Source: an uncultured delta proteobacterium (lineage in GTDB: Bacteria; Myxococcota_A; Polyangia; Fen-1088). From it: a stretch of DNA of 64,000 nucleotides. Below are positions 1 to 9,673 of this stretch, one piece after another. Numbering within the stretch: the first letter of the stretch is position 1; each line of letters begins with the position of its first letter. Made by a program: the position numbers and the translations under genes. The notes beneath the pieces were generated by a model. The model made no database searches. It saw nothing but the letters and a program-made list of their open reading frames with translations, and was not told where the DNA came from. The stretch is from NCBI GenBank assembly GCA_963767925.1, contig CAVYGB010000009.1, forward strand, positions 64,001 to 128,000, given 5' to 3'.

Positions 1-369
1 GCGCTGGCCGCCAGGGTGGAGATCGCCGCGATTGTGTTCTTCTCCCCGCAGAAGGTGGGCTCGCCGTCGGTCGACAGGGCGATGGCCACCCGGCGGTTCT
101 TGCCCCCCACCCAGGTGCGCGCGTAGTCGATGGCCCCCTGCAGCGCCGCCCCGCTCGGCGTGGTGCCGCGGGGCTGGATCGACTCGAGCGTCGTGCCGAT
201 CTGCCCGGCGGCGCCCGGGAGCTCCGCGATCGGCACGGCCGGCACGCCGTACCGGGTCGGTGTTGCGGACCGGCGGGGGCGCGCAGGCGAGGACCGTCCC
301 CGCGCCCAGCGCGGCGAGCGCCAGGACGACTCCTGTCGCGCGACCCCCCTCGTGCTCCCGTCCGCCCAT
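1..369 (-). pseudogene. VWA-domain lipoprotein, internally deleted and frameshifted; runs off the window start
   Basis: Minus strand from ATG 369 reads MGGREHEGGRATGVVLALAALGAGTVLAC (lipobox). After about 252 a different frame reads YGVPAVPIAELPG...GTTPSGAALQGAIDYAR...VAIALSTDGEPTFC, the C-terminal half of a myxobacterial VWA domain (TP and TDG motifs). The DxSxS MIDAS half is missing. Confidence 0.6.
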
Positions 370-574
370 CGAAAGAACCAGCCCCCACTCTGAGATTGGG
401 TCGATGTCGGCGGTTTTCTCACCAGATCGTCCAGCGCGCCGCCCGCGGCTGGGACCGCCAGAGGCTTGACGGTGGCCCGCCCTCGGACGCGGCGGGTGGC
501 TTCCGGCGCGCGCCGCGTTCGGGGCCGCAGACCCGGTGCAGCGCCGTTCGCGAGACCCTTTTCAGGGGCGACGG

Positions 575-618
575 CGAAACGTTTTCAGAGAAAAGCTCCG
601 CACAGGCTTTCGCGAAAC
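575..618. promoter_or_regulatory. Two palindromic candidate operator sites upstream of the TBDR
   Basis: GAAACGTTTTC (LacI-like core AAACGTTT) near 576-586 and TTTCGCGAAA near 608-617, in the divergent intergenic region. Confidence 0.3.
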
Positions 619-715
619 CCTGGTTATGTAAGGAGTTTTACGTGCGCTCGGCTGAGGGGTTTCTGATAGTCTGCGGACCTCGCCTAAGTCCGGGTGCGTC
701 CCGGGGAGGATTTCC

Positions 716-3460
716 ATGAAACGAACGCGCAGTTTCGCGACGGTTGCCTTTGCCGCGGCCGTGGTTCTGGGACTCTCGACCGAAGCGCTCGCCCAGGGCG
801 GCGACTCCGGCCAGATCGTGGGTTACGTGTTCGATCAGACCGGATCACCCATCCGCGGCGTCAAGGTCACCGCCTTCTCCGAGACCCAGATCGGCGGCAG
901 GAAGACGGCCTACACCAACGACGAGGGCTGGTTCCGCTTCCCGCAGCTCATCCCGGGCAAGTTCCAGGTGAAGGCCGAGGCGCCCAAGCTGCAGACCGTG
1001 GTGCAGGAGAACATCTCCGTCGGCATCAACTCGCCGGCCGAGATCAACCTCGTCATGGAGGTCCTCGCCTCCAAGGTGGAGGAGGTCAAGGTCGTCGAGA
1101 AGGCGCCGGTCGTCAGCACGACCACCGCCAACGTCAAGGAGACCTTCGACGTCGACATGGTCGATTCGATGCCCCACGACAACCGGGACGTCATCTTCCA
1201 GCAGGTCACCAACTACACCGCCGGCACCATCCGCGGCGGCCGCATCCGCGGCGGCGGCGGCAGCCAGACCCTCTACATGATGGACGGGTTCAACATGCTC
1301 CGGCAGTTCCCCACCGTGAAGGCCTCCGCGGCCTACGAGATCCAGACCGCGGCCTACGGGGCAGAGAACGCCACCGCCCCCGGCGGCGTGGTCAACCTGG
1401 TCAGCCGGTCGGGCTCGAACAAGTTCGAGTTCGAGCTGGGCGGCACCGTGGACCACAGCGTCATGAACATGTTCACCGACGACGGCGACCCCAAGGAGAC
1501 GAGCCACTTCTACGTCCTCAATCCCACCGTCTCGGGGCCCATCATCAAGGACAAGCTCTGGTATTCGGCCAACGTCGAGTTCCTGCACCGCCAGACCGGC
1601 CGCGCCGGCGACGTCGAGGGCATCTTGCCCGACCCGCTGCCCGAGCTGCGCTACTGGTACAAGGGGACCATCACCCTGGCCTGGCAGGTCACCAGCCGGA
1701 GCAAGCTCCGCAGCGTGACCAACTTCGACGAGTACTGGCGGGTCAACACCGAGGGGCTGGGCACCGATCCTGACGCCCAGGGCCGCACCTTCCAGCACAA
1801 ATATTTCACCGGGCTCATCTGGGAGACCCTGCTGACCGACTGGATGGTGTTCCGCAGCCAGGCCGGCCTGATCGGCATCACCAACGACGTCCGGCCGATC
1901 TCCTGCTTCGACAGCCCCACCACCTGCGATCACACGCCGACGATCTTGCAGCGGTTCCCCCGCAACTACCGGCTGGGCAACCGGGCCGGCCGCACCGCGG
2001 ACAACGCCTACTCGCTGCAGTTCATCAACCGGCTCGAGTTCTTCCTCAACAGCAAGGTGCTCGGCGAGCACCACGTCCAGCTCAAGGACAACCTCATCAC
2101 CCAGCAGGACACCTTCCGCCGCTCGGTGCCGGGTGACACCCAGTTCGAGCTCAACGGCACCGTGCCCGAGGCCCGCATCGAGTACTTCTCCAACGACCCC
2201 CGGGTCGAGGAGGCGCGCCGGGGCTGGTTCATCACCGCCAGCAGCTCGATCCGCAACACGCTGTCCTTGTCGGACACCTGGCGGCCCACCCGCCACCTGA
2301 CCTTGACCCCCGGCCTGGCCTTCACCACGGCCTCCGCCGAGAACAGCCAGGGCGCCAACGTGATGAACGCCAACGCCCTGTCGCCGAGCCTGGCGGTGGC
2401 CTGGGACGCCACCCACGACGGCCGCACCGCCCTGCGGGCGAGCGTGAACCAGTACGTCGACGCCGACGTCAACACCATCGCCAACCACAACCTGGGCACC
2501 CAGGTGCAGCAGCGCTGCGGCTGGAACGCCACCACCCAGCTCTACGAGAACAACTGTGAATATTCGGGCGGCGCCAGCAGCGCCACCGTGGGCCTGCCCT
2601 GCGGGCCGACCGGCATCGATCCCACCGGCCGACCCTGCCGCCAGAAGCTGGTGTTGCCCACCACCTGGGAGTACACCGCCGGCGTCGAGCGGGAGGTCGT
2701 CGAGGGCGTGTCGATGGGCCTCGACGCCATCTACCGCACCTACGACAACCAGTTCGAGAAGCTGGAGACCAACCGGGTCTGGAACACGAGCGGCACCCGT
2801 CTCGAGCCGTCGGGCTCCTACCGCAACGGCCGCAACACCCAGATCTCCGACCTGGAGACGCCGGACAACGCCTACCGGCGTTACCTCGGCGCCACCCTGT
2901 CGGTGGCCAAGCGCGAGGGCAACTTCAAGCTGCGTGGCTCTTACACCTGGAGCAAGCTGAACGGCACGGTCCTCGAGGGGAACACCAACCGCCTCGGCGA
3001 CATCGGGCCGCAGGACCTGTTCCTGGAGGGCTCTCTGCCCGACGACCACCGGCACGAGATCAAGCTCAACGGCACCTACCGCGTCACCCGCTGGCTCTCG
3101 ACGGGTCTGCGCTACTCGTATTACTCGGGCCTGCCCTACAACCGCTTTTACCGGAACGACATCACGGGCGGGTACGACAACCTGCGGGCCCCGGTCGGCA
3201 TCACGCCCGGCACCAACATCAACGACCCCTACGACGACCGGGAGCTGCGCCTGCCCGACCAGTCGACGTTGAACCTGCAGCTCGCCTTCAACTTCTTGCC
3301 CCTCATCAACAAGAACATCGAGGCCTACGTCGACATCCTCAACGTCCTGGCCCAGCGGACCACCACCACCGTCGCCGAGAACGACGGCCAGGACTTCGGA
3401 ATCCAGCGCGGCCGCCAGGACCCCTTCCGCTTCCGCCTCGGGTTTCGCTACAAATACTAG
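716..3460 (+). CDS. TonB-dependent outer membrane receptor, Oar-like, with N-terminal carboxypeptidase-regulatory-like domain
   Basis: Signal peptide; GQIVGYVFD...PIRGVKVT...TNDEGWFRF domain; GGVVNLVSRSGSN plug motif; VSGPIIKDKLW; C-terminal beta-signal RFRLGFRYKY; RBS GGAGG. Confidence 0.9.
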   Translation: MKRTRSFATVAFAAAVVLGLSTEALAQGGDSGQIVGYVFDQTGSPIRGVKVTAFSETQIGGRKTAYTNDEGWFRFPQLIPGKFQVKAEAPKLQTVVQENISVGINSPAEINLVMEVLASKVEEVKVVEKAPVVSTTTANVKETFDVDMVDSMPHDNRDVIFQQVTNYTAGTIRGGRIRGGGGSQTLYMMDGFNMLRQFPTVKASAAYEIQTAAYGAENATAPGGVVNLVSRSGSNKFEFELGGTVDHSVMNMFTDDGDPKETSHFYVLNPTVSGPIIKDKLWYSANVEFLHRQTGRAGDVEGILPDPLPELRYWYKGTITLAWQVTSRSKLRSVTNFDEYWRVNTEGLGTDPDAQGRTFQHKYFTGLIWETLLTDWMVFRSQAGLIGITNDVRPISCFDSPTTCDHTPTILQRFPRNYRLGNRAGRTADNAYSLQFINRLEFFLNSKVLGEHHVQLKDNLITQQDTFRRSVPGDTQFELNGTVPEARIEYFSNDPRVEEARRGWFITASSSIRNTLSLSDTWRPTRHLTLTPGLAFTTASAENSQGANVMNANALSPSLAVAWDATHDGRTALRASVNQYVDADVNTIANHNLGTQVQQRCGWNATTQLYENNCEYSGGASSATVGLPCGPTGIDPTGRPCRQKLVLPTTWEYTAGVEREVVEGVSMGLDAIYRTYDNQFEKLETNRVWNTSGTRLEPSGSYRNGRNTQISDLETPDNAYRRYLGATLSVAKREGNFKLRGSYTWSKLNGTVLEGNTNRLGDIGPQDLFLEGSLPDDHRHEIKLNGTYRVTRWLSTGLRYSYYSGLPYNRFYRNDITGGYDNLRAPVGITPGTNINDPYDDRELRLPDQSTLNLQLAFNFLPLINKNIEAYVDILNVLAQRTTTTVAENDGQDFGIQRGRQDPFRFRLGFRYKY

Positions 3461-3465
3461 GCAGA

Positions 3466-3498
3466 CGGGGAAGGGGGCGGTAGCGCTCCCTTCGCCCC
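3466..3498 (+). terminator. GC-rich hairpin after the TBDR
   Basis: GGGGAAGGGGGCG-GTAG-CGCTCCCTTCGCCCC immediately after the stop codon; no U tract. Confidence 0.35.
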
Positions 3499-3525
3499 TG
3501 CGCTCGAGTCCTCGCTGACCGATTG

Positions 3526-3654
3526 CCCTCGCCCCGCGCCAGCGGGGAGAGGGAAAGGGTGAGGGGCCGCCGCCTCGGCCCCAGCGGGCCCCCCTCACCC
3601 GCGGGGAGGCGTCGACGTCGACCTCTCCTCACGGCAGGCGGCCGGGAGAGGTGA
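3526..3654. repeat. Pair of inverted REP-like palindromic units (CCCCTCACCC...CTCTCC...GGGAGAGG family)
   Basis: 3526-3566 and 3591-3654 face each other (GGGTGAGGGG / CCCCTCACCC) between convergent genes; related copies at 11464 and 20454. Confidence 0.65.
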
Positions 3655-3670
3655 TGACCGAGGGGGGGGG

Positions 3671-4360
3671 TCAGGGGGTGCGGTTGCAGCAGCCGGATTG
3701 GCGGGTGCCGTCTACGGCGAGGGTGTTGATGCGGTAGGCGTAGCGGTCGCCGGTGGGGGCGTGGCACTGGCCGGTGTAGCGGAGGGACACGAGCATCACG
3801 TCGTTGCCCCGCTGGTCGCGGATGGCCATGCGCCAGGTGCCGCGCTGGCTGCGGTCGGGGCGGGCGGGCAGGGCGCGCAGGGCGGGGGTGGCGCAGCCGA
3901 CGCTGCAGGCGACGGTGCCGTCGCGATCGATGACCAGCTTCCAGTCGGGGGCGCGGCCCTCGCAGACCAGGTCCTCCATGAAGACGCCCGCGTCCGGGGC
4001 GGCGGCGGGGGTGACCGGGCGGCGGCTCCGCCGGGGCAGGGGGGCGTCGACCCAGCCGCGCACGCCCTGGTACTGCACCTCGGTCCAGACCGCGCGCCCC
4101 AGCCGCTGGCGGCGCCCCGAGGCGACGATGCCCCGGGCGCTCTCGGGGATCTCGCCGACCCGGGGGCTGTCGAGCCGTGGCTCCTGCCGGATCACCAGCC
4201 GGGCCGGGACGCGCTCCACCAGGAACGACCGGGGCGGCCGCGCCTCCGCCGGCCGCACCGGCCCGGCCAGCGCCAGCGCCAGCAGCAAGGCCAGCCCGCT
4301 CAGGCCCACCCGCAACGGCCTCCTCGCCAGGGCCCCGCGATCAGAACCAGCGCGCGACAT
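3671..4360 (-). CDS. Secreted SH3b-domain protein with a Cys-containing C-terminal domain
   Basis: Hydrophobic signal ending AEA; LVIRQEP...VGEIP...WTEVQYQGVRGWV SH3b pattern; C-terminal LVCEG..P.W.L...C...Y...SGCC; overlaps the pelB stop; start may lie further downstream. Confidence 0.65.
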   Translation of the reverse strand: MSRAGSDRGALARRPLRVGLSGLALLLALALAGPVRPAEARPPRSFLVERVPARLVIRQEPRLDSPRVGEIPESARGIVASGRRQRLGRAVWTEVQYQGVRGWVDAPLPRRSRRPVTPAAAPDAGVFMEDLVCEGRAPDWKLVIDRDGTVACSVGCATPALRALPARPDRSQRGTWRMAIRDQRGNDVMLVSLRYTGQCHAPTGDRYAYRINTLAVDGTRQSGCCNRTP

Positions 4361-6635
4361 AGCTCAGCGAGGCCCCCGCGAAGCGCTCGGCCACCGCCTC
4401 GCGCCAGCCGCCGTACAGGAAGGCCGAGACGGCCAGCTCCTGCCGCCGCGCGAACACGAACCCGAAGTGCGCCTCGATGCCATAACCCTGTTGCAGCGAG
4501 GGCAGCACGTACGCTGCCCAGGCCGAGAGACTGTACCGATACGAGCGGCGCGGGCCTCGCCCTTGTGGCTCGATTCCGAAGTCGTTGCCGATCGAGGCCC
4601 CGACGCCGGCGCTAGAATAGTCGCCGAGCTGCACCTGCCGCAAGACCGCGGCCTCGGCGGCGGGGTCGGCGGGACCCCCGATCACGCCCGCCAGCCCGGG
4701 CTGGTTGCGGCGGCCGTGGTGCGAGACGAACAGGCGCGGCCGCACGCTCCAGTATTCCAGCTCGAAGCGTCGGGCCAGCTCGGCCGACAGCGCCAGCTCG
4801 CTCGCCAGCAGGCGCCGGTCGCGCAGCGAGAAGCGGCTGACCCCCGCGGTGGCCGAGGCCTCCAGGCGACGCCCGAAGGTCCAGCCCCCACTGACCTCGG
4901 CGCCGTCGCGCACCGCCATCGCCCGCAGCAGCCCGGTGTACACCGGCAGCTCGCCCAGGTAAGCCCGCAGCTCGAGCTGCAGCGGCCATTGCCCCGGCTG
5001 GTAGGCGTGGGTGAAGCGGGCGTAGGGTGAAAGCTCGCGCCGCCCGAGCAGGCGGACGCCACCCTTGAGGCGGGTGTCGCTGCTGGTGCGCCGGCGGCGC
5101 AGCCAGGCCCCCACCTCCAGCTCGTGCGAGCGGAACTGCAGCTGGGCCTCGGGCGCCAGCTCGAGGAAGGTGTGCCCCGCCTCGAACCCGACGTAGACCG
5201 GACGGAAGCGCTGCTCGACCCAGGCCCGGCCACCGATCGCCGTCAGCAGCCCGAGGCGGACCGCCTCGCTCCTGGCCCAGGCCCCGCTGAGCCAGTCGCT
5301 GCGCATACGAAGGGCCTTCTTCACCAGCACCGCGTCCTCGCGCGAGGTGGGCGCCGTGTCCCGGGCGGCGTAGCCACCCTCCTCGAGCAGCACCCAGGCC
5401 TCGTCGGGGCGATCGAGCGCCTGCAGCGCCGCCACCTGGTAGGGCAGCCGGAAGGGCCCGCTGGCCCGCTCCATCGCCGTCTGCACGGCCGGCTTGTCGT
5501 CCCGCTCGATGGCGTCGAGGAGCTGGTTCTCGAGGTCGCTCAGGCCGAGCGGCCGATCGGCCATGGCGGCCGGATCGGCCCAGCTCGACTGCTCGCGCGC
5601 GCGGGCCCGCCACTGCGCCGCCTGGCGGCTCGACCCCAGCATGGCGTACACGTCGGCCAGCAGGTCCCAGGACGACGGCCGGCGGGCCTCCTCGCTCCCG
5701 CAGCGGGCCAGCGCCGACTGGGCCATCAGCCGGTCCTCCAGCGCCACGGCGGCCTCCAGCCAGGCCGGGCAGACCTCCTCGAGGCTGGGGCTCAGCGCGG
5801 CCGCCCGCTCGAAGTCGCGGTTGGCCTGCCCGGCGCGGTCGGCGAGGCTGGCGTGAAAGGCCCGCGCCAGGAACAGCTCGGGCGCCCGCCGGTAGCGCGC
5901 CTCCTGGACCCGGCTGTGGGCCAGCAGCGCATCGGCCAGCTCGCGCCGGCGGCCCTCGACCGCCAGGCGCATGCCGAGCAGCAGGAGGGTGGGGCTGGGC
6001 CGCTGCTCGAGGGTCTCGAGGGCGACCCGGGCGCCCCGCTGGTATTCGCCCTGCTGGGCCAGCAGGTGGCACAGGTCCTCGGCCACCGCGGGGCTGCGCT
6101 GGTTGCGCCACAGCACCTGCAGGGTCTCGAGCGACAGGGCCTCGCGCTCCTGGGCCCAGGCCAGCTCGAACAGGAGCTGCCAGTAGCGGGTGTTGCCCTC
6201 CTCGGCCTGCGCCTTGAGCCCGACAAGCCGGGTGAGGGCCGCGCCCGGGCGCTGCAGCCGCCAGAGCAGCTCCGCCTCCTTGATCGCGTCGTCGATGACG
6301 TCGACCTCCAGCCGGGAGACGTGCTCGAGGCAGGCCAGGGCCCGCTCGAGGTCACCCGCCTGCTCGTACAGCGCGGCGAATCGCCGCCAGTAGAGCGGCT
6401 CGGTGTCGAAGTTGAAACGGAAGCGATCGTAAAACACGATCGCCCGCCGCACCTGTCCGCTGGCCAGCAAGATGTCGCCCAGGCGAACCAGGATGGGCAG
6501 CTTCATGCCGTCGGCGGCGTCGGGCCGGGGCAGGGCCAGCGGATCGCGGGGCGCGGCCCGGGCACCGGGCGCCACCAGGGCGGCGGGCAGCGCCACGAGG
6601 AGGAGCAAGGGCAGGAGCGGGCGGGCGGCGCTCAT
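4341..6635 (-). CDS. pelB: PelB-like TPR + outer-membrane beta-barrel polysaccharide export protein
   Basis: Start MSAARPLLPLLLL (signal peptide), helical TPR-like N-terminal half (YWQLLFELAW), alternating beta-strand C-terminal half ending in WF; ATGA-coupled to the pelA-like gene. Confidence 0.7.
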   Translation of the reverse strand: MSAARPLLPLLLLVALPAALVAPGARAAPRDPLALPRPDAADGMKLPILVRLGDILLASGQVRRAIVFYDRFRFNFDTEPLYWRRFAALYEQAGDLERALACLEHVSRLEVDVIDDAIKEAELLWRLQRPGAALTRLVGLKAQAEEGNTRYWQLLFELAWAQEREALSLETLQVLWRNQRSPAVAEDLCHLLAQQGEYQRGARVALETLEQRPSPTLLLLGMRLAVEGRRRELADALLAHSRVQEARYRRAPELFLARAFHASLADRAGQANRDFERAAALSPSLEEVCPAWLEAAVALEDRLMAQSALARCGSEEARRPSSWDLLADVYAMLGSSRQAAQWRARAREQSSWADPAAMADRPLGLSDLENQLLDAIERDDKPAVQTAMERASGPFRLPYQVAALQALDRPDEAWVLLEEGGYAARDTAPTSREDAVLVKKALRMRSDWLSGAWARSEAVRLGLLTAIGGRAWVEQRFRPVYVGFEAGHTFLELAPEAQLQFRSHELEVGAWLRRRRTSSDTRLKGGVRLLGRRELSPYARFTHAYQPGQWPLQLELRAYLGELPVYTGLLRAMAVRDGAEVSGGWTFGRRLEASATAGVSRFSLRDRRLLASELALSAELARRFELEYWSVRPRLFVSHHGRRNQPGLAGVIGGPADPAAEAAVLRQVQLGDYSSAGVGASIGNDFGIEPQGRGPRRSYRYSLSAWAAYVLPSLQQGYGIEAHFGFVFARRQELAVSAFLYGGWREAVAERFAGASLSYVARWF

Positions 6636-9310
6636 CTGTCGCAGCTCAGGACCAGGTCCCCGGTGTCCACCTCGGCGAAGCGGAGGTGGGTGAGGCGGGC
6701 GCCGCGGTCGACCTCGACCGAGCCGCCCGCCTGCAGCCAGGGGCGGCCCACCGGGACGCAGCCACCCACCGTCAGCTCGACCGGCAGGTGCCCGCGCAGG
6801 CGGAAGCGGAGCACCGCCCCGTCGCGCGTCCAGGCGATCACCCGGGCGTTGGACGACACCAGGTGGGGCTCGCGCGGCGGCTCGGGCGCCAGGGCCAGCA
6901 CCACCGGGTCGCCCGGCAGCACCGCGACGAACCGCCCGTCGGGCCCCGCCCGCACCCCGATCACGTTGAGCGAGCGCTTGAGGTCGGGCCAGCCCAGCGC
7001 CTCGGGCAGGCGGACCGTGCGCACCTCTCCCAGCCCGCGCAGCTCCCAGGTCCCGTCGATGCGGCGGGCGACCCGGCCGGCGGGGAAGGCGCTGGCCCGG
7101 GCGGCGTATTCGCTGAGGTGCAGGGGGATGGTCTCCTGCTTGAGGGCCCACAGATAGACCTCGCGCAGGGCGGAGGAGGCCGCCTCGGAGGCCCCCGAAT
7201 AGAAGTGGTAGTAGATGTCGATCGGCTTGAGGCGGCGGGGCCGGTCGGTGAACTCGAACAGCTTGATGACCTTGCGGAAGCCGTGGATGGGGCTGCCGTT
7301 GCGGAAGGTCTCGATGAAGACGTTCTCGTTGTGGGCGGGCGCGTAGATCTGGAGGTGGGGGCCGACTGGCCGGTACAGCGACGGCACCTGGGTCAGGCCG
7401 GGGGCGTCTTGCGGGTCGTCGCAGTTGCCCCCGTTGACGTTGGCCAGGCCGAGCTGGGCGGCCTCGCGCAGCGCCTGCTCGTCGGGCAGGGCGTTGCCGC
7501 TCCAGAGCACCGCCTTGACCTTCTTGCCCGGGGGGGCGATCCGGTGGTTGAGGTAGTCGACCGAGCCGCGCACCTCTCGCTGCGCCGAGTAGCGGTAGCC
7601 GGCGATTGGCAGGTGCGCCGGCCCGGGCGGCTCGCCGGGCCCGGGCGGCTCGCTGGCCCCGGCCGGCTCGGGCGCGCCGGCGTCGCGGGCGGCGCGCAGC
7701 CAGTCGAAGGGGTGCGAGAAGGTGTGGCTGGCCAGCTCGACGTGAGGCAGGCCGCCGATGGCGCGGGCGATCGGCTCGAGCTCGGGGCTCAGGCGCGGGT
7801 TGAGGCCGGAGGGGCCGATCTCCCCCTCGACGAAGGAGACCGTTGTCGGCACCCGGAACACCTGCAGGAAGTCGCGCAGGATGACCTCGCCGGCGAAGGG
7901 CTGGCCGGCCAGCGTCGACTTGCCGTGAAAGCCGTCGCCGTCGATGTGCACGAGCAACATCCGCCGCCCGCTCTCGGTGGTGACGTCGACCGCGGGCACG
8001 GGGGCCAGGCCCAGCGCCCGCTCGAAGAAGGCGAAGGGGTCGATCAGCCAGCGGTAGCGGCCCCGCGGTCCGCGCGCCAGCACGTAGGGGTCGAAGGCGA
8101 AGCCACCCCAGGCCCCGGTGGCCACCGGGGTGAGCGTCCGTCCGGAGCCGTCGCGCAGGTCGAGGTGCCGGGTCAGCGCCGCGCCGTTGACCGCCGGCCG
8201 GGCCGACCAGGGCGGCAGCCCGCGCACCAGCGGCAGCGGATCCGCCTCGGCGCCGATGAGGGCGTCCCGCTCCGCCACCACCACCGGGGGCACCAGCGGC
8301 CGCCGCTCGCTGGCCAGGCCCAGCCGGGCCAGCAGGGCGGGGCGGGGCGCGGCGCCGAGGCTGCCGAAGATGGCGACCCGCAGGCCGCGGTCGATCTGCT
8401 GCTCCAGCCAGGCCGCGTAGTCGAGCGGGTGGGGCAAGCTGGTGGCGAACCAGGTGACGATCCCGGCGTAGCGCGCGCCGAGATCGCCCGAGGGCAGGCC
8501 CCCCCGCACGTCCCGGTATTCCAGCACGTAGCCGAGGTACTCGAGGGGCAGCGCCGCCATCCGGTGCAGCACCGTGAAGGGCAGCAGCGGCTGGTGGCGG
8601 GAGTCGTAGAGCCCGAGGATGCGGCGGGGGGTCGGCTCGATCAGCCCCACCCCGAGGCCGAAGGGGCCGCCCAGCCAGGGCGTGATCCCGACCCGGGCCA
8701 GCTCGCGCGCCAGCTCGCGGGCGGCGGTCCGCTGGCCGGGGGCCAGGCGCTCGAGGGCGATCACCGCCACCCCCTTGGCGAGGAAGGCGTCCTCCAGCGA
8801 GGCCTGGAGCTGGCGGCGGGAGTTGTCGGGCAGGGGCCGGCGCAGGCCGTCCGGGTCGGCGGTGGTGAAGGCGTCCTCGACAACCACGCTGTCGATCTCG
8901 CGCAGGCGCGGAGGTGGGCGCTCCTGCGGGCAGCGCCAGAACAGCCGGGCCGCGGGCAAGGTGCTCCGGGCCCGCTCGAACAGGGCGCGCGACCGCTCGG
9001 CCGGCTGGTTGCAGGCGTCGATCACGAAGCCGGCGTAGCCCCCGGCGGCCAGCCGGCGGAGCGCGAGGTCGTCGTGCTCGGCGTCGGCGGGCAGATCGGC
9101 CAGCACGCTGGCGCCCGCCTTGCGCAGGGCCAGGACGTCGGCCAGGGTGGCCCGGGCCGGGGCCAGCACGACGTCGTCGAACGATCCGAGCGCCTCGACC
9201 GGCGGGTCGCTCTGCCCGTAAAACGCCACCGACCGCGCGGGCGCCGCCCGGGCCGGTCCAGCTGCGGCGGTCAAGGTCAGCACGAGGGCGGTGAGCGCTT
9301 TGCGTCGCAT
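6632..9310 (-). CDS. pelA: PelA-like bifunctional glycoside hydrolase-like / CE4 polysaccharide deacetylase
   Basis: Signal peptide MRRKALTAL...ARA; SVAFY..PP..L..FD.VVL; PRRILGLYD; DVTTESGRR..HIDGDGF, HTFSHPF, W.SG and KPIDIYYHFYS deacetylase motifs. Confidence 0.85.
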   Translation of the reverse strand: MRRKALTALVLTLTAAAGPARAAPARSVAFYGQSDPPVEALGSFDDVVLAPARATLADVLALRKAGASVLADLPADAEHDDLALRRLAAGGYAGFVIDACNQPAERSRALFERARSTLPAARLFWRCPQERPPPRLREIDSVVVEDAFTTADPDGLRRPLPDNSRRQLQASLEDAFLAKGVAVIALERLAPGQRTAARELARELARVGITPWLGGPFGLGVGLIEPTPRRILGLYDSRHQPLLPFTVLHRMAALPLEYLGYVLEYRDVRGGLPSGDLGARYAGIVTWFATSLPHPLDYAAWLEQQIDRGLRVAIFGSLGAAPRPALLARLGLASERRPLVPPVVVAERDALIGAEADPLPLVRGLPPWSARPAVNGAALTRHLDLRDGSGRTLTPVATGAWGGFAFDPYVLARGPRGRYRWLIDPFAFFERALGLAPVPAVDVTTESGRRMLLVHIDGDGFHGKSTLAGQPFAGEVILRDFLQVFRVPTTVSFVEGEIGPSGLNPRLSPELEPIARAIGGLPHVELASHTFSHPFDWLRAARDAGAPEPAGASEPPGPGEPPGPAHLPIAGYRYSAQREVRGSVDYLNHRIAPPGKKVKAVLWSGNALPDEQALREAAQLGLANVNGGNCDDPQDAPGLTQVPSLYRPVGPHLQIYAPAHNENVFIETFRNGSPIHGFRKVIKLFEFTDRPRRLKPIDIYYHFYSGASEAASSALREVYLWALKQETIPLHLSEYAARASAFPAGRVARRIDGTWELRGLGEVRTVRLPEALGWPDLKRSLNVIGVRAGPDGRFVAVLPGDPVVLALAPEPPREPHLVSSNARVIAWTRDGAVLRFRLRGHLPVELTVGGCVPVGRPWLQAGGSVEVDRGARLTHLRFAEVDTGDLVLSCDR

Positions 9311-9505
9311 GGGCCTGCGCCGGCTGCGCGAGCCGAGCGCGGCGACGAGGCTTCGGTCCACCCGCGGCAGCGACGGCCGCCCCTGTCTACCAGGAGACCT
9401 CCCTGACGAGACAGAGAATCGGTGCCGGGGCCGGGCCAGCGTGCCCGGGCGTCCCCACTTACCCTGAGAAGGGCCGGAAGCTCCCGCGATCCTCGCCTTC
9501 CGCTC

Positions 9506-9520
9506 TTGAACACGGTTCAA
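9506..9520. promoter_or_regulatory. Perfect palindromic operator candidate TTGAAC-N3-GTTCAA
   Basis: TTGAACACGGTTCAA in the divergent pelA / PEGA intergenic region. Confidence 0.45.
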
Positions 9521-9673
9521 TCCGGACCCCTTCCGGCGCGCTCCGGCTTTCCAGTTCCGGTTTTTTTCGTTTCGACCCAGAATCGGAACGGATCCTGCAC
9601 CGCGCCCCCCTGTGCCGGTTCGTTCTCCCTCTGCTACAACCCCGGCCCCGGGTCCGGAGAAACCAGCCAAAAC

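Noticed and set aside
845..3598. Long antisense and off-frame ORFs (e.g. 845-3598, 25224-28181, 39028-42630, 49447-53538, 57683-60853)
   Set aside because: Shadow ORFs expected in high-GC DNA; they overlap genes with clear motifs and have no motifs of their own.
9584..9599. Sigma54-like CGGAACGGATCCTGCA upstream of the PEGA gene
   Set aside because: Spacing is correct but the match at -24 is weak; not enough support.
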